DNA from: Betaproteobacteria bacterium
GTDB taxonomy: Bacteria > Pseudomonadota > Gammaproteobacteria > Burkholderiales > Burkholderiaceae_E
Reading direction: 5' to 3'
Length of the DNA: 64,000 nt
Assembly (NCBI GenBank): GCA_016868175.1
Contig: VGHO01000001.1
Location: forward strand, 15,543 to 79,542
A program made the translations under genes and the position numbers. Shown one piece after another: positions 35,344 to 46,798 of this stretch; within the stretch, counting starts at the first letter, position 1; each line of letters opens with the position of its first letter. Under the pieces are notes generated by a model. That model saw only the letters and a program-made list of their open reading frames with translations. It did no database searches and was not told where the DNA came from.

Positions 35344-35757
35344 ATGATGGATCGCCGCTGGGCAGAGGGCCTCCAGACCCCACGGTTGATGCTTTTGCCA
35401 TCCGGCGAGGATCTGGCGAACGAGGCGGCTGCCTTCCATCGACGGAGTGCGGAACACCTTGCGCGTTGGGAGCCGCCAACCTCCATCGATCTTGGATCCG
35501 AGCAAGCGCAACGAACCCGGCTTGCCGAAGTCGCGGCCGCTGCAGCCTCGGGCACAGCGCTGCACTGGTGGTTGCAACCGAACCAGGCACCTTCGATCCT
35601 TGTGGGCCACGTGAGTCTGATGAACATCGCAGCGGGACCTTCTCTTCATCGATGGCGCCTGGAGGGATCAGAGTGTTTGCATTGCACAAACCGGGTGCGC
35701 CGCCTGAAGCCTGAAAATTTTCACCGCGCGGTTGGGTGGCGCTTGCGCCCCCCCTAA
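35344..35757 (+). pseudogene. Degenerate GNAT (RimJ/RimL-like) acetyltransferase remnant
   Basis: The N-terminal LQTPRLMLLP...HLARWEPP...GHVSLMNI matches RimJ-like GNATs. The acetyl-CoA motif A (Q/RxxGxG/A) region is missing and the frame ends after 137 codons. Confidence 0.4.
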
Positions 35758-35947
35758 CCGGGTGTACGATTAACCATGTCAAGGGAGCGCCTCGCCCTCG
35801 ATGTGCTGCGCTTGATGCGTTGCCCTTGATACGTTGCCCTCAAGCGTCGGCCTGACGGCAGCCTGGATCTGCTGCCCCCGATACGTTGTGCACGGCGCAT
35901 TGCCCAGGCGGCATTTGCGTTTGAGCGATACCCCAAAGGAGACCACT

Positions 35948-37135
35948 GTGAAACGATCCGCCTTACCCTGGTTGCTGTCTGCGGCGCTCGCTGTTGCGGG
36001 GGCCGCTCTTCACGCCCAACCCGTCAGCAAGATCAAGATCGGGTTGGTGAGCACGCTCTCCGGGCCCAACGGCGCCCTGGGCGAGGACATTCGCGATGCC
36101 TTCAACCTTGCGATCTCGCTCAATGAAGGGAAATTGGGGGGCATTCCGGTGGAAGTGGTGATCGGGGACGATCAGTTCAAGCCCGACGTGGGCAAGCAGC
36201 TCTTCGAGCGCATGGTGAAGCGCGACAAGGTCGACTTCATGACCGGCGTGGTGTTCTCCAACATCATGCTTGCCGGTCTGCCCGAGGCAGCCAACGAGAA
36301 GGTCTTCTACATCAGCCCCAACGCAGCGCCTTCGCCACTCGCGGGCAAGGACTGCAACCCCTTCTTTTTCGTGGCGTCGTGGCCCAACGACGCCTACCAC
36401 GAGATGGCGGGTCAGTACGCCACGAACCGGGGCGTGAAGACGGCTTACCTGCTCGCTCCCAATTACCAGGCGGGCAAGGACTCGCTCGCAGGCTTCAAGC
36501 GTTTCTTCAAGGGAAAGGTGGTCAATGAGGTGTATACCAAGCTGGGCCAGCTGGACTACTCGGCCGAACTCGCCGAGATCCGCGCGGCCAAGCCGGAGGT
36601 GATGTATGCGTTCCTGCCCGGCGGCATGGGCGTGAACTTCATCAAGCAGTTCGTGGCCGCCGGCCTCAACAAGGACATCCGCCTGCTCCTGCCCGGGTTT
36701 GGTGCGGACCAGGACATCAGCCGCGGTGTGGGCGAGGTGATGCTTGGCATCAACGACACCGCGCACTGGGCGCTCGATCTCAACAACGCAGCCAACAAGC
36801 GGTTCGTGGCCGAGTTTGAAAAGGCCTACAAGCGGCTGCCCACGGTGTACGCCGCGCAGGGCTACGACACCGCGTTGATTCTCGATGCGGCCATACGCAG
36901 CGTGAAGGGCAGCATCAACGACAAGGACGCGTTGCGCAAGGCGCTTCGCGAAGTGAAGTTCGATTCGGTGCGCGGCGCCTTTCGGTTCAATACCAACCAC
37001 TACCCCATCCAGAACTACTACCTGCGTGAGGTGAAAAAGGATGCGCAGGGCCGTCTCGTCAACCTGCTGGCTTCGCCGCAGCCGATCATGGCCAACCATG
37101 GCGACGCCTATGTGCAGGACTGTGCGATGCGCTGA
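35948..37135 (+). CDS. ABC transporter substrate-binding protein, branched-chain amino acid (LivK/HAAT) type
   Basis: AAGGAG lies 6 nt upstream of the GTG at 35948. Signal peptide, then KIGLVSTLSGPNGALGED, typical of the Leu/Ile/Val-binding family. Confidence 0.85.
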   Translation: MKRSALPWLLSAALAVAGAALHAQPVSKIKIGLVSTLSGPNGALGEDIRDAFNLAISLNEGKLGGIPVEVVIGDDQFKPDVGKQLFERMVKRDKVDFMTGVVFSNIMLAGLPEAANEKVFYISPNAAPSPLAGKDCNPFFFVASWPNDAYHEMAGQYATNRGVKTAYLLAPNYQAGKDSLAGFKRFFKGKVVNEVYTKLGQLDYSAELAEIRAAKPEVMYAFLPGGMGVNFIKQFVAAGLNKDIRLLLPGFGADQDISRGVGEVMLGINDTAHWALDLNNAANKRFVAEFEKAYKRLPTVYAAQGYDTALILDAAIRSVKGSINDKDALRKALREVKFDSVRGAFRFNTNHYPIQNYYLREVKKDAQGRLVNLLASPQPIMANHGDAYVQDCAMR

Positions 37136-38050
37136 GTGACCTGGATCCTCTTTCTCGAGCAGGCCCTCAACGGTCTGCAATTCGGGCTGATGCTGTTTCT
37201 GCTCGCCTCGGGCCTGACGCTGGTCTTCGGGGTGATGGACATGATTAACCTCGCGCATGGCGCGCTCTACATGGTGGGCGCGTTTCTGGCGGCGTGGCTG
37301 GTGCAACTCACCCAGTCCTTTCTCCTTGGCGTGCTGCTGGCGATACCGCTCACCGCGCTCTTTGCAATGGCCATGGAACTCACCCTGTTGCGCACGCTCT
37401 ACGCCCGCGACCATATGTCGCAGGTGCTCGCGACTTTCTCGCTCATCCTGATCATCAACGAGGGCGTGCGCATGATCTGGGGCACCGACATGCCACTGCC
37501 GATGCCCTCGGTTCTGTCCGGCCCGGTTGAACTTCTTCCAGGACTCTACTACCCGAGCTACAGGCTCGTGATCATTGCCGTTGGTCTGGTCCTCGCAGCG
37601 CTGCTCTACCTGGCGGTAGCCCACACCCGAGCGGGAGCCTGGGTGCGCGCGGGTGCGTCGAACCGCGAGATGGCGATGGCCATGGGGGTGAACATCAAGG
37701 CACTTTTCACCCTGGTCTTCGGTCTGGGTGCTGCGCTTTGCGCGGTTGCAGGCGCGCTCCTCGGTCCCTTGCTCGCGGTGCAGGTGGGCATGGGCGAAAG
37801 CATCCTGATCCTCGCCTTCGTGGTGATCGTGATTGGTGGCATCGGTTCGATCTGGGGCGCTTTCGTGGGTTCGCTGCTCGTGGGCTTTGTTGATACCTTC
37901 GGCCGCACCCTGATGCCGGCACTGCTTCGCGAGGTCTTCCCACCCCAGGTGGCTGGCGCTGCGGGTCCGGCGTTTGCCTCGATCCTGGTGTATCTGCTGA
38001 TGGCGGTGGTGCTCTTCGTCCGTCCTCAGGGACTTTTTGCGCGTCGCTAG
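37136..38050 (+). CDS. HAAT-family ABC permease (LivH-like)
   Basis: The GTG immediately follows the upstream stop. GVMDMINLAHGALYMVGAF motif. Confidence 0.85.
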   Translation: MTWILFLEQALNGLQFGLMLFLLASGLTLVFGVMDMINLAHGALYMVGAFLAAWLVQLTQSFLLGVLLAIPLTALFAMAMELTLLRTLYARDHMSQVLATFSLILIINEGVRMIWGTDMPLPMPSVLSGPVELLPGLYYPSYRLVIIAVGLVLAALLYLAVAHTRAGAWVRAGASNREMAMAMGVNIKALFTLVFGLGAALCAVAGALLGPLLAVQVGMGESILILAFVVIVIGGIGSIWGAFVGSLLVGFVDTFGRTLMPALLREVFPPQVAGAAGPAFASILVYLLMAVVLFVRPQGLFARR

Positions 38051-38058
38051 GCACGCAG

Positions 38059-39054
38059 TTGGGGCCATCTGCAACATCGGCAATTCCCCGGGCGGCTTCG
38101 GCGCCGCTCTGGCTCTTGCTGATCCTTGCCACGGTCGCACTCGGGGTGTGGATGCAAGGCGCTGGACTGGGCTACTACCTGTCGGCCCTCAGCCGACTCA
38201 TGATCTATGGGCTGGCGGCCTGCAGCCTCAATCTGATCCTGGGCTATGGCGGCATGGTGTCGTTCGGCCACGCGGCCTATCTGGGGGTGGGCGCCTACAC
38301 CGTGGGTATCCTAATCACTGAAGGCTTCACCAACGGCTGGCTCGGGTTTGCCATGGCCATGGCGGTCTCCGCGCTCATGGCGCTGGCGATCGGTGCGATA
38401 TCGCTGCGCACCCGGGGCGTGTACTTCATCATGATCACGCTTGCCTTTGCGCAAATGCTCTACTATCTGGTGAACTCGATCAAAGCCTACGGGGGTGATG
38501 AAGGACTCAACCTCCGGCAGCGCTCGGACTTCGGCTTCGGGATCGTGTTGAAGAACGATCTCCACCTCTTCCTGCTGGTGCTCACCTGTCTGGTGCTGAG
38601 CCTCGGCTTCATCCACCTGCTCATGCGCTCGCGCATGGGGCGGATCATCCTGGCCCAGCGCGACGACGAGATCCGCACCGAGGCGCTGGGCTATCCGGTC
38701 TACCGTTATCAACTCGCCCTGTTCGTGATTGCAGGCGCGCTTTGCGGCTTGGCGGGTGCCCTGATGGTCAATCAACAGAATTATGTGAACCCCAACCTCA
38801 TGGCATGGACGCAGTCCGGCGTGCTGATGATCATGGTGATCCTCGGCGGAGTCGGCACGCTTGCAGGCGGGCTCTGGGGGGCGATCATGCTGTTGGCACT
38901 CGAGGACCTGATGGCAGAGGTCACGCCGCACTGGCCGTTCTATGTGGGCTGGATACTGCTCGCCGTGGTCTTGCTGGCTCCGCGAGGGCTGGCCGGTCTT
39001 TCCGATCTCTGGCAACGCCGCGAGGGCCGACCCCCGCCGCCAGGAAAGGGCTGA
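38059..39054 (+). CDS. HAAT-family ABC permease (LivM-like)
   Basis: LILGYGGMVSFGHAAYLGVGAY motif and multiple TM segments. Confidence 0.85.
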   Translation: MGPSATSAIPRAASAPLWLLLILATVALGVWMQGAGLGYYLSALSRLMIYGLAACSLNLILGYGGMVSFGHAAYLGVGAYTVGILITEGFTNGWLGFAMAMAVSALMALAIGAISLRTRGVYFIMITLAFAQMLYYLVNSIKAYGGDEGLNLRQRSDFGFGIVLKNDLHLFLLVLTCLVLSLGFIHLLMRSRMGRIILAQRDDEIRTEALGYPVYRYQLALFVIAGALCGLAGALMVNQQNYVNPNLMAWTQSGVLMIMVILGGVGTLAGGLWGAIMLLALEDLMAEVTPHWPFYVGWILLAVVLLAPRGLAGLSDLWQRREGRPPPPGKG

Positions 39055-39067
39055 CGCTGGCCAGGTC

Positions 39068-39838
39068 ATGACCGCGACCCACGCTCCAGTCCTCGAGATT
39101 CGCGACCTCGTCAAGAACTTTGGCGCTTTGCGGGCGACCGACGGAGTGTCGCTCGAGGTGCGCAGCGGCGAGATTCACGCGCTGATCGGCCCCAACGGGG
39201 CAGGAAAGACAACGCTGATCGCACAGCTCTCCGGCCAGCTTCGGCCCGACGCGGGGCAGATCCTCTTTTCAGGTCAACGCATCAACGAGGTCAGCGCACA
39301 CGAGCGGGTTGGGCTTGGTCTGGTGAGGTCGTTTCAGATCACCCGTTTGTTCAGGTCGTTTTCGGCGCTCGACAATGTTGCGCTCGCAGTCCAGTCGCGG
39401 CGGCCGCAGCGCGGGTCGTTCTGGCGAAGCGTTGCACGCGATCGCGAGGTTTACGCCGAGGCTGCCGCCCTGCTTGCGCAGGTGGGGCTGGGCGAGCGTC
39501 TGCATGACCTGGCGCCAACACTTTCCCACGGCGAGCAGCGAATCCTGGAACTTGCGCTCGCGCTCGCCACCGAGCCTCGGCTGCTGATGCTGGATGAGCC
39601 GATGGCGGGTGCCGGGCCCGAAGAGTCCAGGCGCATCCTTGAGCTGATTACCAGCCTCCGGCGCAACAAGCCGATCAGCATCCTTCTGGTGGAGCACGAC
39701 ATGGATGCGGTCTTTCGGCTGGCAGACCGCATTTCGGTGCTCGTCAACGGCACGCTGATCGCGAGCGGCCCACCGGCAACCATTCGATCCGACCCTCTGG
39801 TCCGGGCCGCCTACCTTGGCGACGAGCCCGTTGAATGA
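39068..39838 (+). CDS. HAAT-family ABC ATPase (LivG-like)
   Basis: Walker A GPNGAGKTT, signature LSHGEQRILE and Walker B LLMLDEP. Confidence 0.9.
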   Translation: MTATHAPVLEIRDLVKNFGALRATDGVSLEVRSGEIHALIGPNGAGKTTLIAQLSGQLRPDAGQILFSGQRINEVSAHERVGLGLVRSFQITRLFRSFSALDNVALAVQSRRPQRGSFWRSVARDREVYAEAAALLAQVGLGERLHDLAPTLSHGEQRILELALALATEPRLLMLDEPMAGAGPEESRRILELITSLRRNKPISILLVEHDMDAVFRLADRISVLVNGTLIASGPPATIRSDPLVRAAYLGDEPVE

Positions 39839-39872
39839 ACCGGGCGATATTCGGGTGGACTGGGCGCAGCGC

Positions 39873-40586
39873 ATGACGCCCCCGCTGCTTCTGGTTGAGC
39901 AACTGCAGGCGGCCTATGGGGCAAGCCAGGTACTCTTCGGTGTTGATCTGGAGCTGCAACCGGGCGAAGTGCTCGGTCTGCTCGGGCGCAACGGCATGGG
40001 CAAGACCACGCTGCTGCGCAGTATTCTCGGGCTGAAGCGGATCCGCGCCGGGCGCGTTGTCTTTGAAGGCAGGGCAATCCACGGATACTCGCCGGATACG
40101 ATCGCCCGGCTTGGGGTGGCGGTGGTCCCGGAAGGCAGGCAGGTCTTTCCCAACCTGAGCGTGCATGAGCACCTCAGCGCCTTTGCGCGCACGCCCAGCG
40201 GCCGGACTGCCGCGTGGACTCCGTCGTTGGTGTATCGGCTTTTTCCGCGCCTCGCTGAGCGCAGCGGCAACATGGGCAATCAGCTCTCCGGCGGTGAGCA
40301 GCAGATGCTCGCCATTGGCCGTGCGCTTGTCACCAATCCGAAACTGCTGATCTTCGATGAGGCAACCGAGGGGCTTGCGCCGCTGATTCGCGAGGAGATC
40401 TGGCGCTGCATCGAGCAACTCCGCAGCGAAGGTCAAACGCTCATCGTGGTGGACAAGTACATCGGCCGCCTGGTCGGGATCGCCGATCGCCACCTCATTC
40501 TGGAGAAGGGCAGGGTGGTGTGGCAGGGCACTTCGGGGATGCTTTCCGCCGACCGGAACCTCTGGCACCGCTACCTGGGTGTCTGA
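39873..40586 (+). CDS. HAAT-family ABC ATPase (LivF-like)
   Basis: Walker A GRNGMGKTT, signature LSGGEQQML and Walker B LLIFDE. Confidence 0.9.
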   Translation: MTPPLLLVEQLQAAYGASQVLFGVDLELQPGEVLGLLGRNGMGKTTLLRSILGLKRIRAGRVVFEGRAIHGYSPDTIARLGVAVVPEGRQVFPNLSVHEHLSAFARTPSGRTAAWTPSLVYRLFPRLAERSGNMGNQLSGGEQQMLAIGRALVTNPKLLIFDEATEGLAPLIREEIWRCIEQLRSEGQTLIVVDKYIGRLVGIADRHLILEKGRVVWQGTSGMLSADRNLWHRYLGV

Positions 40587-41431
40587 TGCAGGCAGGCAAG
40601 CGTTGCCTCGAAAAGCGCATGGTCCGGCTCGGCGAGCGCGTCGCAGGCGCTGAAGTGATCGCGCCCGGGGAGCGGCACGTCGGGCCCCGCATGCGCCGAC
40701 CACTGCTCACGGATCTGGCGGTTTTGCTCCTTGAAGGCCTCACTTTCCTCCCCGCCCACAGCCGTCAGCAGATGTATCGGGTTGGCTGGTTGCATCAACG
40801 CCGGACTCAGCGCGCCTGCGCGGTCGTGGTCGAGATTCAGGGTGGGGGCCAGAAAGGGGGCGCGCACGAAGGGCCGAAGGTCAAACAGACCGCTGATCGC
40901 AACACCTGCAGGCACAAGCGTGGACGGGAGATCGGGAGCCTCGTCGACCCAGCGCGTGGCAAGCGTCATGGCGCACAGATGTCCGCCGGCGGAGTGGCCC
41001 GAAGTCACCATGCGCGCGCGGTTGTGCCCGAGCCTGTCGGCGTTGCGCCACAGCCAGGCATGCGCCCGGCGAACCTCCTCCACCATGGCTTCGATCCTTG
41101 CCGCAGGCGCGAGCGAGTAGTTGATGAGTGCCACGGCGCAGCCGGCAGCGTTGAATGGCGGAGCCACCCAGGAGAAGTCGGCCTTGTCCAGGGCGCGCCA
41201 GTAGCCGCCGTGGATGAAGACCAGCAAAGGGGCATTCGGCCGCAATGCCGGGAAGTAGTCGAGCGTTTCGGCGGCACCGTCCCCAAAGCGCAGATCGGCG
41301 AGCATCCCCGGACTTGACGCACGTGCTGCACGCGCCCGGCCTTGCCAGCGTTCGAAGATTGCCGGCACGTTGGCCACGCGCAGGCGCGGGTTGTAGGCCA
41401 GATCGTCGGGATCGGGAGCTTCGCTGGTCAT
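40571..41431 (-). CDS. Alpha/beta hydrolase (arylformamidase/esterase-like)
   Basis: Oxyanion motif HGGYW and nucleophile elbow GHSAGGH. The ATG at 41431 overlaps the ligase stop (ATGA). Confidence 0.75.
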   Translation of the reverse strand: MTSEAPDPDDLAYNPRLRVANVPAIFERWQGRARAARASSPGMLADLRFGDGAAETLDYFPALRPNAPLLVFIHGGYWRALDKADFSWVAPPFNAAGCAVALINYSLAPAARIEAMVEEVRRAHAWLWRNADRLGHNRARMVTSGHSAGGHLCAMTLATRWVDEAPDLPSTLVPAGVAISGLFDLRPFVRAPFLAPTLNLDHDRAGALSPALMQPANPIHLLTAVGGEESEAFKEQNRQIREQWSAHAGPDVPLPGRDHFSACDALAEPDHALFEATLACLHQTPR

Positions 41432-43076
41432 TGCGTGAATCCTCGATGGTCGCTGGCCCACTCCCGCAGCCTGAACCGCTGCAGTTTGAGATTCTCGGTG
41501 CGCGGCAGACTTTCAACGAAGTGGATACGTCTCGGAGCCTTGTAGGGTGCAAGCCGCTGCTTCACCCAGTCCTTGAGCGCTTCGGCAAGCACCGCAGGTT
41601 CCTGCGTCACGCCGTCAGGGCTCAACACCACGAAGGTCGTCACGATCTGCCCGCGCCCGGGATCGGGTGCACCCACCACACCACACTCGGCCACCGCCGG
41701 ATGCGCGAGCAGAACTTCCTCCACCTCCGGCCCCGCAATGTTGTAGCCCGAGGCGATGATCATGTCGTCGGCCCGGGAGTGGTAGCGGAAGTGGCCGTCT
41801 GCGCTCATGCTGCAGGCGTCTCCGGTGAGGTTCCAGCCATGCCGCACATACTCGGTCTGCCGCGGGTCGTCGAGGTACCTGCAGCCTGTTGGTCCGCGTA
41901 CCGCGAGGTTTCCCGCCTGCCCCGGGGGCAGCGCGCGTCCCTCGGCATCGAGAATGCAGGCCTCAAAGCCGGGGATGACCTTGCCTGTGGCGCCAGGCCG
42001 CGCCTCCGCAGGCGTGCAGCCGATGAAGGCATGGAGCATCTCGGTGGAGCCGAGGCACTCGGTGAGGTCGATTCCCGAGGCCCGGGACCACTGCGCGCGG
42101 GTATCGGCCGGGAGCGTTTCGCCGGAGGATACGCAGGCACGCAGGCTGCCGAGTTGCTCCGCCCTGGCCGCTTGCGCCATCCGCCGGTAGAACGTGGGCG
42201 CGGTGAAGCAGATCGAGGCCTGATGCTCCCGGATACCTTCGAGGAATGACTCGGGGGTCCAGGAGGGCTGAAGGACTGCCGTTGCGCCAGCGCGCAAGGG
42301 AAAGATGAGCAGCCCTCCGAGCCCGAAGGTAAAGGCAAGCGGCGGAGTGCCGATGAACACATCGCCGCTTGCAGGCTCCAGCAGTTGCCGGGCGGACACA
42401 TCGGCGATCAGGAGCAGGTCGCGCTGAAAGTGCATGGTGGCTTTCGGCACACCAGAAGTGCCGGAGGTGAAGGCAATCAGCGCAACATCGTCTTGCGCAG
42501 TGTCGGCGGCCTCGCATCCGTGGCCAGGCTGCGCCATGGCGTTGTGCAGTGAGCCGTTGCCGTTCAGGTCGTAGTCGAGGCAGGGCGCATCGCCTGTGAT
42601 CGTGTGCAGCGCCTCGTGCCAGCTTGCGAGCAGGTCGCGTTGCACAAAGGCAGCCTGCACGCAAGCCTTGCGGGCGATGACGGCAAGCTCGCGGGCGCGC
42701 AGCAGCGGCATGGTGTTGACCGCAATACAGCCTGCCTTCACCACCGCCAGCCAGCACGCAGCAAGCATCGGATGATTCATGCCGCGCAGAAGTATGCGGC
42801 TACCGGTAACCAGACCCCAGCGCATGCGGATGATCGCCACGATCCGGTCGACCCGATCCTTGAGGTCGGCGTAGCTCCAGGCAAGCCCGGCGCCGCGCAG
42901 CGCGATGCGCGCTCCGCGCCCCTCGCGCACATGACGGTCGACCAGTTCTGCGCTTGCGTTGAGGCGGTCGCTGTAGTGAATGCCCGCGGGCGGGGGAAGA
43001 AGCACCGGCCACTGCGCCCGCGGCGGCAGGCGGTCGCGGCTGAAACTGTCGCGATGGCCGGAAGGAAGGAGCCCGC

Positions 43077-43080
<4 letters not shown>
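41428..43080 (-). CDS. Aryl-CoA ligase (benzoate / 2-aminobenzoate-CoA ligase family)
   Basis: AMP-binding motif FTSGTSGVPKATMH and N-terminal DSFSRDRLPPRAQWP, typical of the benzoate/anthranilate-CoA ligase clade. Confidence 0.8.
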
Positions 43081-44660
<1,580 letters not shown>

Positions 44661-44667
44661 TGGGCGC

Positions 44668-45294
44668 TCATACCCAGGCCTGAATCACATAGTCGTAGCT
44701 CGCCTGTGCGTTGAACAGGTCCACCCGCTGGAGCCGGATCTTCCAGCCGCCGTCTTGCCGATGAAGGACATGCCGGTAGCTACCGCCGAAATGACGGATG
44801 CGGTCGCGTCGCAACTCCATCATCTGAAAGGGTGTGTAGGTGGCAAGCCTGTCGCCTTCGGCATGTTCGACGAGCGTGATGCCGAGCAGATGGTGGGTGG
44901 CCCAAGGTGCTGCCTGCGACCAGGCGTTGGGGTGCAGCAACCGGTTTGCGCGAATCTCCATCAGGTCGCGGTCTTCGGCGAAGATCGACGGCTCGGAAGC
45001 CCAGTCGGTCTGTTCGGGCATTGCCGGCATCCAGTACACGCCATCGTCCGTGAAGAGGTCGATCCACGCCAGCCAGCGACGCGCATCGAGCATGAGCGCC
45101 TGCCGCGTGAGCAGCACCTCCACGTCGCGCAACAACCCGCGGTCGACCTCGACACTGCCCGGCAGGTACCCTGCAGCGCTCTCGCGGCCGCGGCCCTGAT
45201 GGTCGGGCGCAATCGACTCTGCACCGGTGAGCGACTGGACCGGTTCGATCACCACCCCGGTGCCAAGCGCTTGCCTCACCCTGTCTTCGGGCAT
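44668..45294 (-). CDS. Aromatic-ring-hydroxylating dioxygenase beta subunit
   Basis: SnoaL-like beta-subunit pattern (LDARRWLAWIDLFTDDGVYWMP...RHFGGSYRHVL). It starts 8 nt after the alpha-subunit stop. Confidence 0.75.
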   Translation of the reverse strand: MPEDRVRQALGTGVVIEPVQSLTGAESIAPDHQGRGRESAAGYLPGSVEVDRGLLRDVEVLLTRQALMLDARRWLAWIDLFTDDGVYWMPAMPEQTDWASEPSIFAEDRDLMEIRANRLLHPNAWSQAAPWATHHLLGITLVEHAEGDRLATYTPFQMMELRRDRIRHFGGSYRHVLHRQDGGWKIRLQRVDLFNAQASYDYVIQAWV

Positions 45295-45302
45295 GGGATC
45301 GT

Positions 45303-46652
45303 TTACCGGTTTGCCGCAGCCGGGGCTTGCGCCGTCGCCGCAGGCGTGGCGGCAGCGTGCATGTACTCGCGCCAGGCCTTGAACTGGTTGCGCATCACCA
45401 CCTCGGAGGTACCCTTGGTGGAGTACACAATCCCCGCCGATTCGGTATCGCTGCCCATGTTGCGGTGAAAGCTCACCCAGTCGTTTCCCCTGGCTTGCAG
45501 GCCCCATTGGGCACGGGCCCAGTTCTCGAGGTCGTCGGCGTTGATCATCGTGGCCGGCGAGTTCACCAGGTTGAAGTACCACATTGCGCGCCTGTAGATC
45601 GCCTCGGGTGCGCCCTTGAGGCGAAAATGCCAGATCTCGGAGAGTGTCTGGTCGGGGCCGAGGGGGCGCAGGCAGCGCAACTGCTGCAGCGGCGACTGCA
45701 CCGAAAGGTAAGGGTAGATGAGTACATGGTGAATACTGCGCGACAGGTACTCCTCGGTCCTGTCGGCACCGTAGGCCTGGCGCAGCAAGTCCTCGTAGGC
45801 GCGGCTGTCGGGGTCTGAAGGGCGCAGTCCCATGTAGGCCTTGAGCACTCCGTGGCCTCTGGGAAAATTCACAGTCTGGACCGAATCCCACTGATCGAAG
45901 CTCGAGGCAAAGGTTGACAGGTAGTGGAAGTGAAGCGGGGCCTCGCCGTGTTTTTCCCTCACCCGCTTTTCGACGCGGCGCGCCGACACGCCGGTCGACT
46001 GGTGGGTGACCGAAGGGTGCAAGGCGTCGAGCTGGTTCTCCATGAAGAATTTCCAGTTCGACTGCTGCACGACCCGGTGGCAGATCGGTACAACCTCCAC
46101 TTCACCTTCGGGTGAGCGGTCGCACATGTCGTCGAAGGCAACCCGAGCGTCGCCGAGAAACTCGAGCAGCGGTGGGCAGTGGGGGCTGAGGCTCGCAAAG
46201 ACAAAGCCGCGGTAGCTGTCGACACGCGCAGCGGGCGTCATGCTGCACTGCGGATCGTTGGGGTTGAGGCGGGTACCCTCGTAGCCCTGCTTGAGAGGAA
46301 TCGCGCGAACCCGCCCGTCGAGATGGAAGCTCCACGCATGGTAGGGGCAGACGAAACCGCTGCCGGTGTTGCCGCGAGGGCTTCCGCAGAGCTGCACACC
46401 GCGGTGCGGACAACGGTTGTAGAGCACATGGATCCGTCCATCGAGCGCCCGCACCATCACCATCGGCTGCCTGCCGATCGTGAGGGTCTGAAACTGCCCG
46501 GGCAGCGCCACCTGGGACGCGTGTCCGCAGTACACCCAGGTTGCCTCGAAGATGTGCTCCATCTCCAACTCGAAGATCGAGGGCTCGGTGTAGACCTTGC
46601 GGTGGACCCGGTCGGGTTGGACCAGTTGGTCAAGGTCGAGGGTTGATGGCAT
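45303..46652 (-). CDS. Rieske [2Fe-2S] aromatic-ring-hydroxylating oxygenase alpha subunit
   Basis: Rieske motif CPHRG...CPYHAW. The catalytic domain has NWKFFMENQLDALHPSVTH (mononuclear iron His ligands). Confidence 0.85.
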   Translation of the reverse strand: MPSTLDLDQLVQPDRVHRKVYTEPSIFELEMEHIFEATWVYCGHASQVALPGQFQTLTIGRQPMVMVRALDGRIHVLYNRCPHRGVQLCGSPRGNTGSGFVCPYHAWSFHLDGRVRAIPLKQGYEGTRLNPNDPQCSMTPAARVDSYRGFVFASLSPHCPPLLEFLGDARVAFDDMCDRSPEGEVEVVPICHRVVQQSNWKFFMENQLDALHPSVTHQSTGVSARRVEKRVREKHGEAPLHFHYLSTFASSFDQWDSVQTVNFPRGHGVLKAYMGLRPSDPDSRAYEDLLRQAYGADRTEEYLSRSIHHVLIYPYLSVQSPLQQLRCLRPLGPDQTLSEIWHFRLKGAPEAIYRRAMWYFNLVNSPATMINADDLENWARAQWGLQARGNDWVSFHRNMGSDTESAGIVYSTKGTSEVVMRNQFKAWREYMHAAATPAATAQAPAAANR

Positions 46653-46798
46653 CGCTTTTCGGGGGAGGGTTTGAAGGGGGACTTGCACGGTGGGAAGTGT
46701 AGCTTTGCTTGCGCAACGCGCATTTCGCTGCAGACCGGACCGAGCCTTGCCGCACGAACCCTTGACGCCGCCGATGCCCTGCGCCGTTGACGGTGCCC

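Noticed and set aside
35963-38140. 725-aa ORF on the minus strand spanning the Liv-type ABC operon
   Set aside because: It lies antisense to four genes with clear family motifs, and its translation is Arg/His/Gly-rich with no recognisable motif. This is the typical shadow ORF of high-GC DNA.
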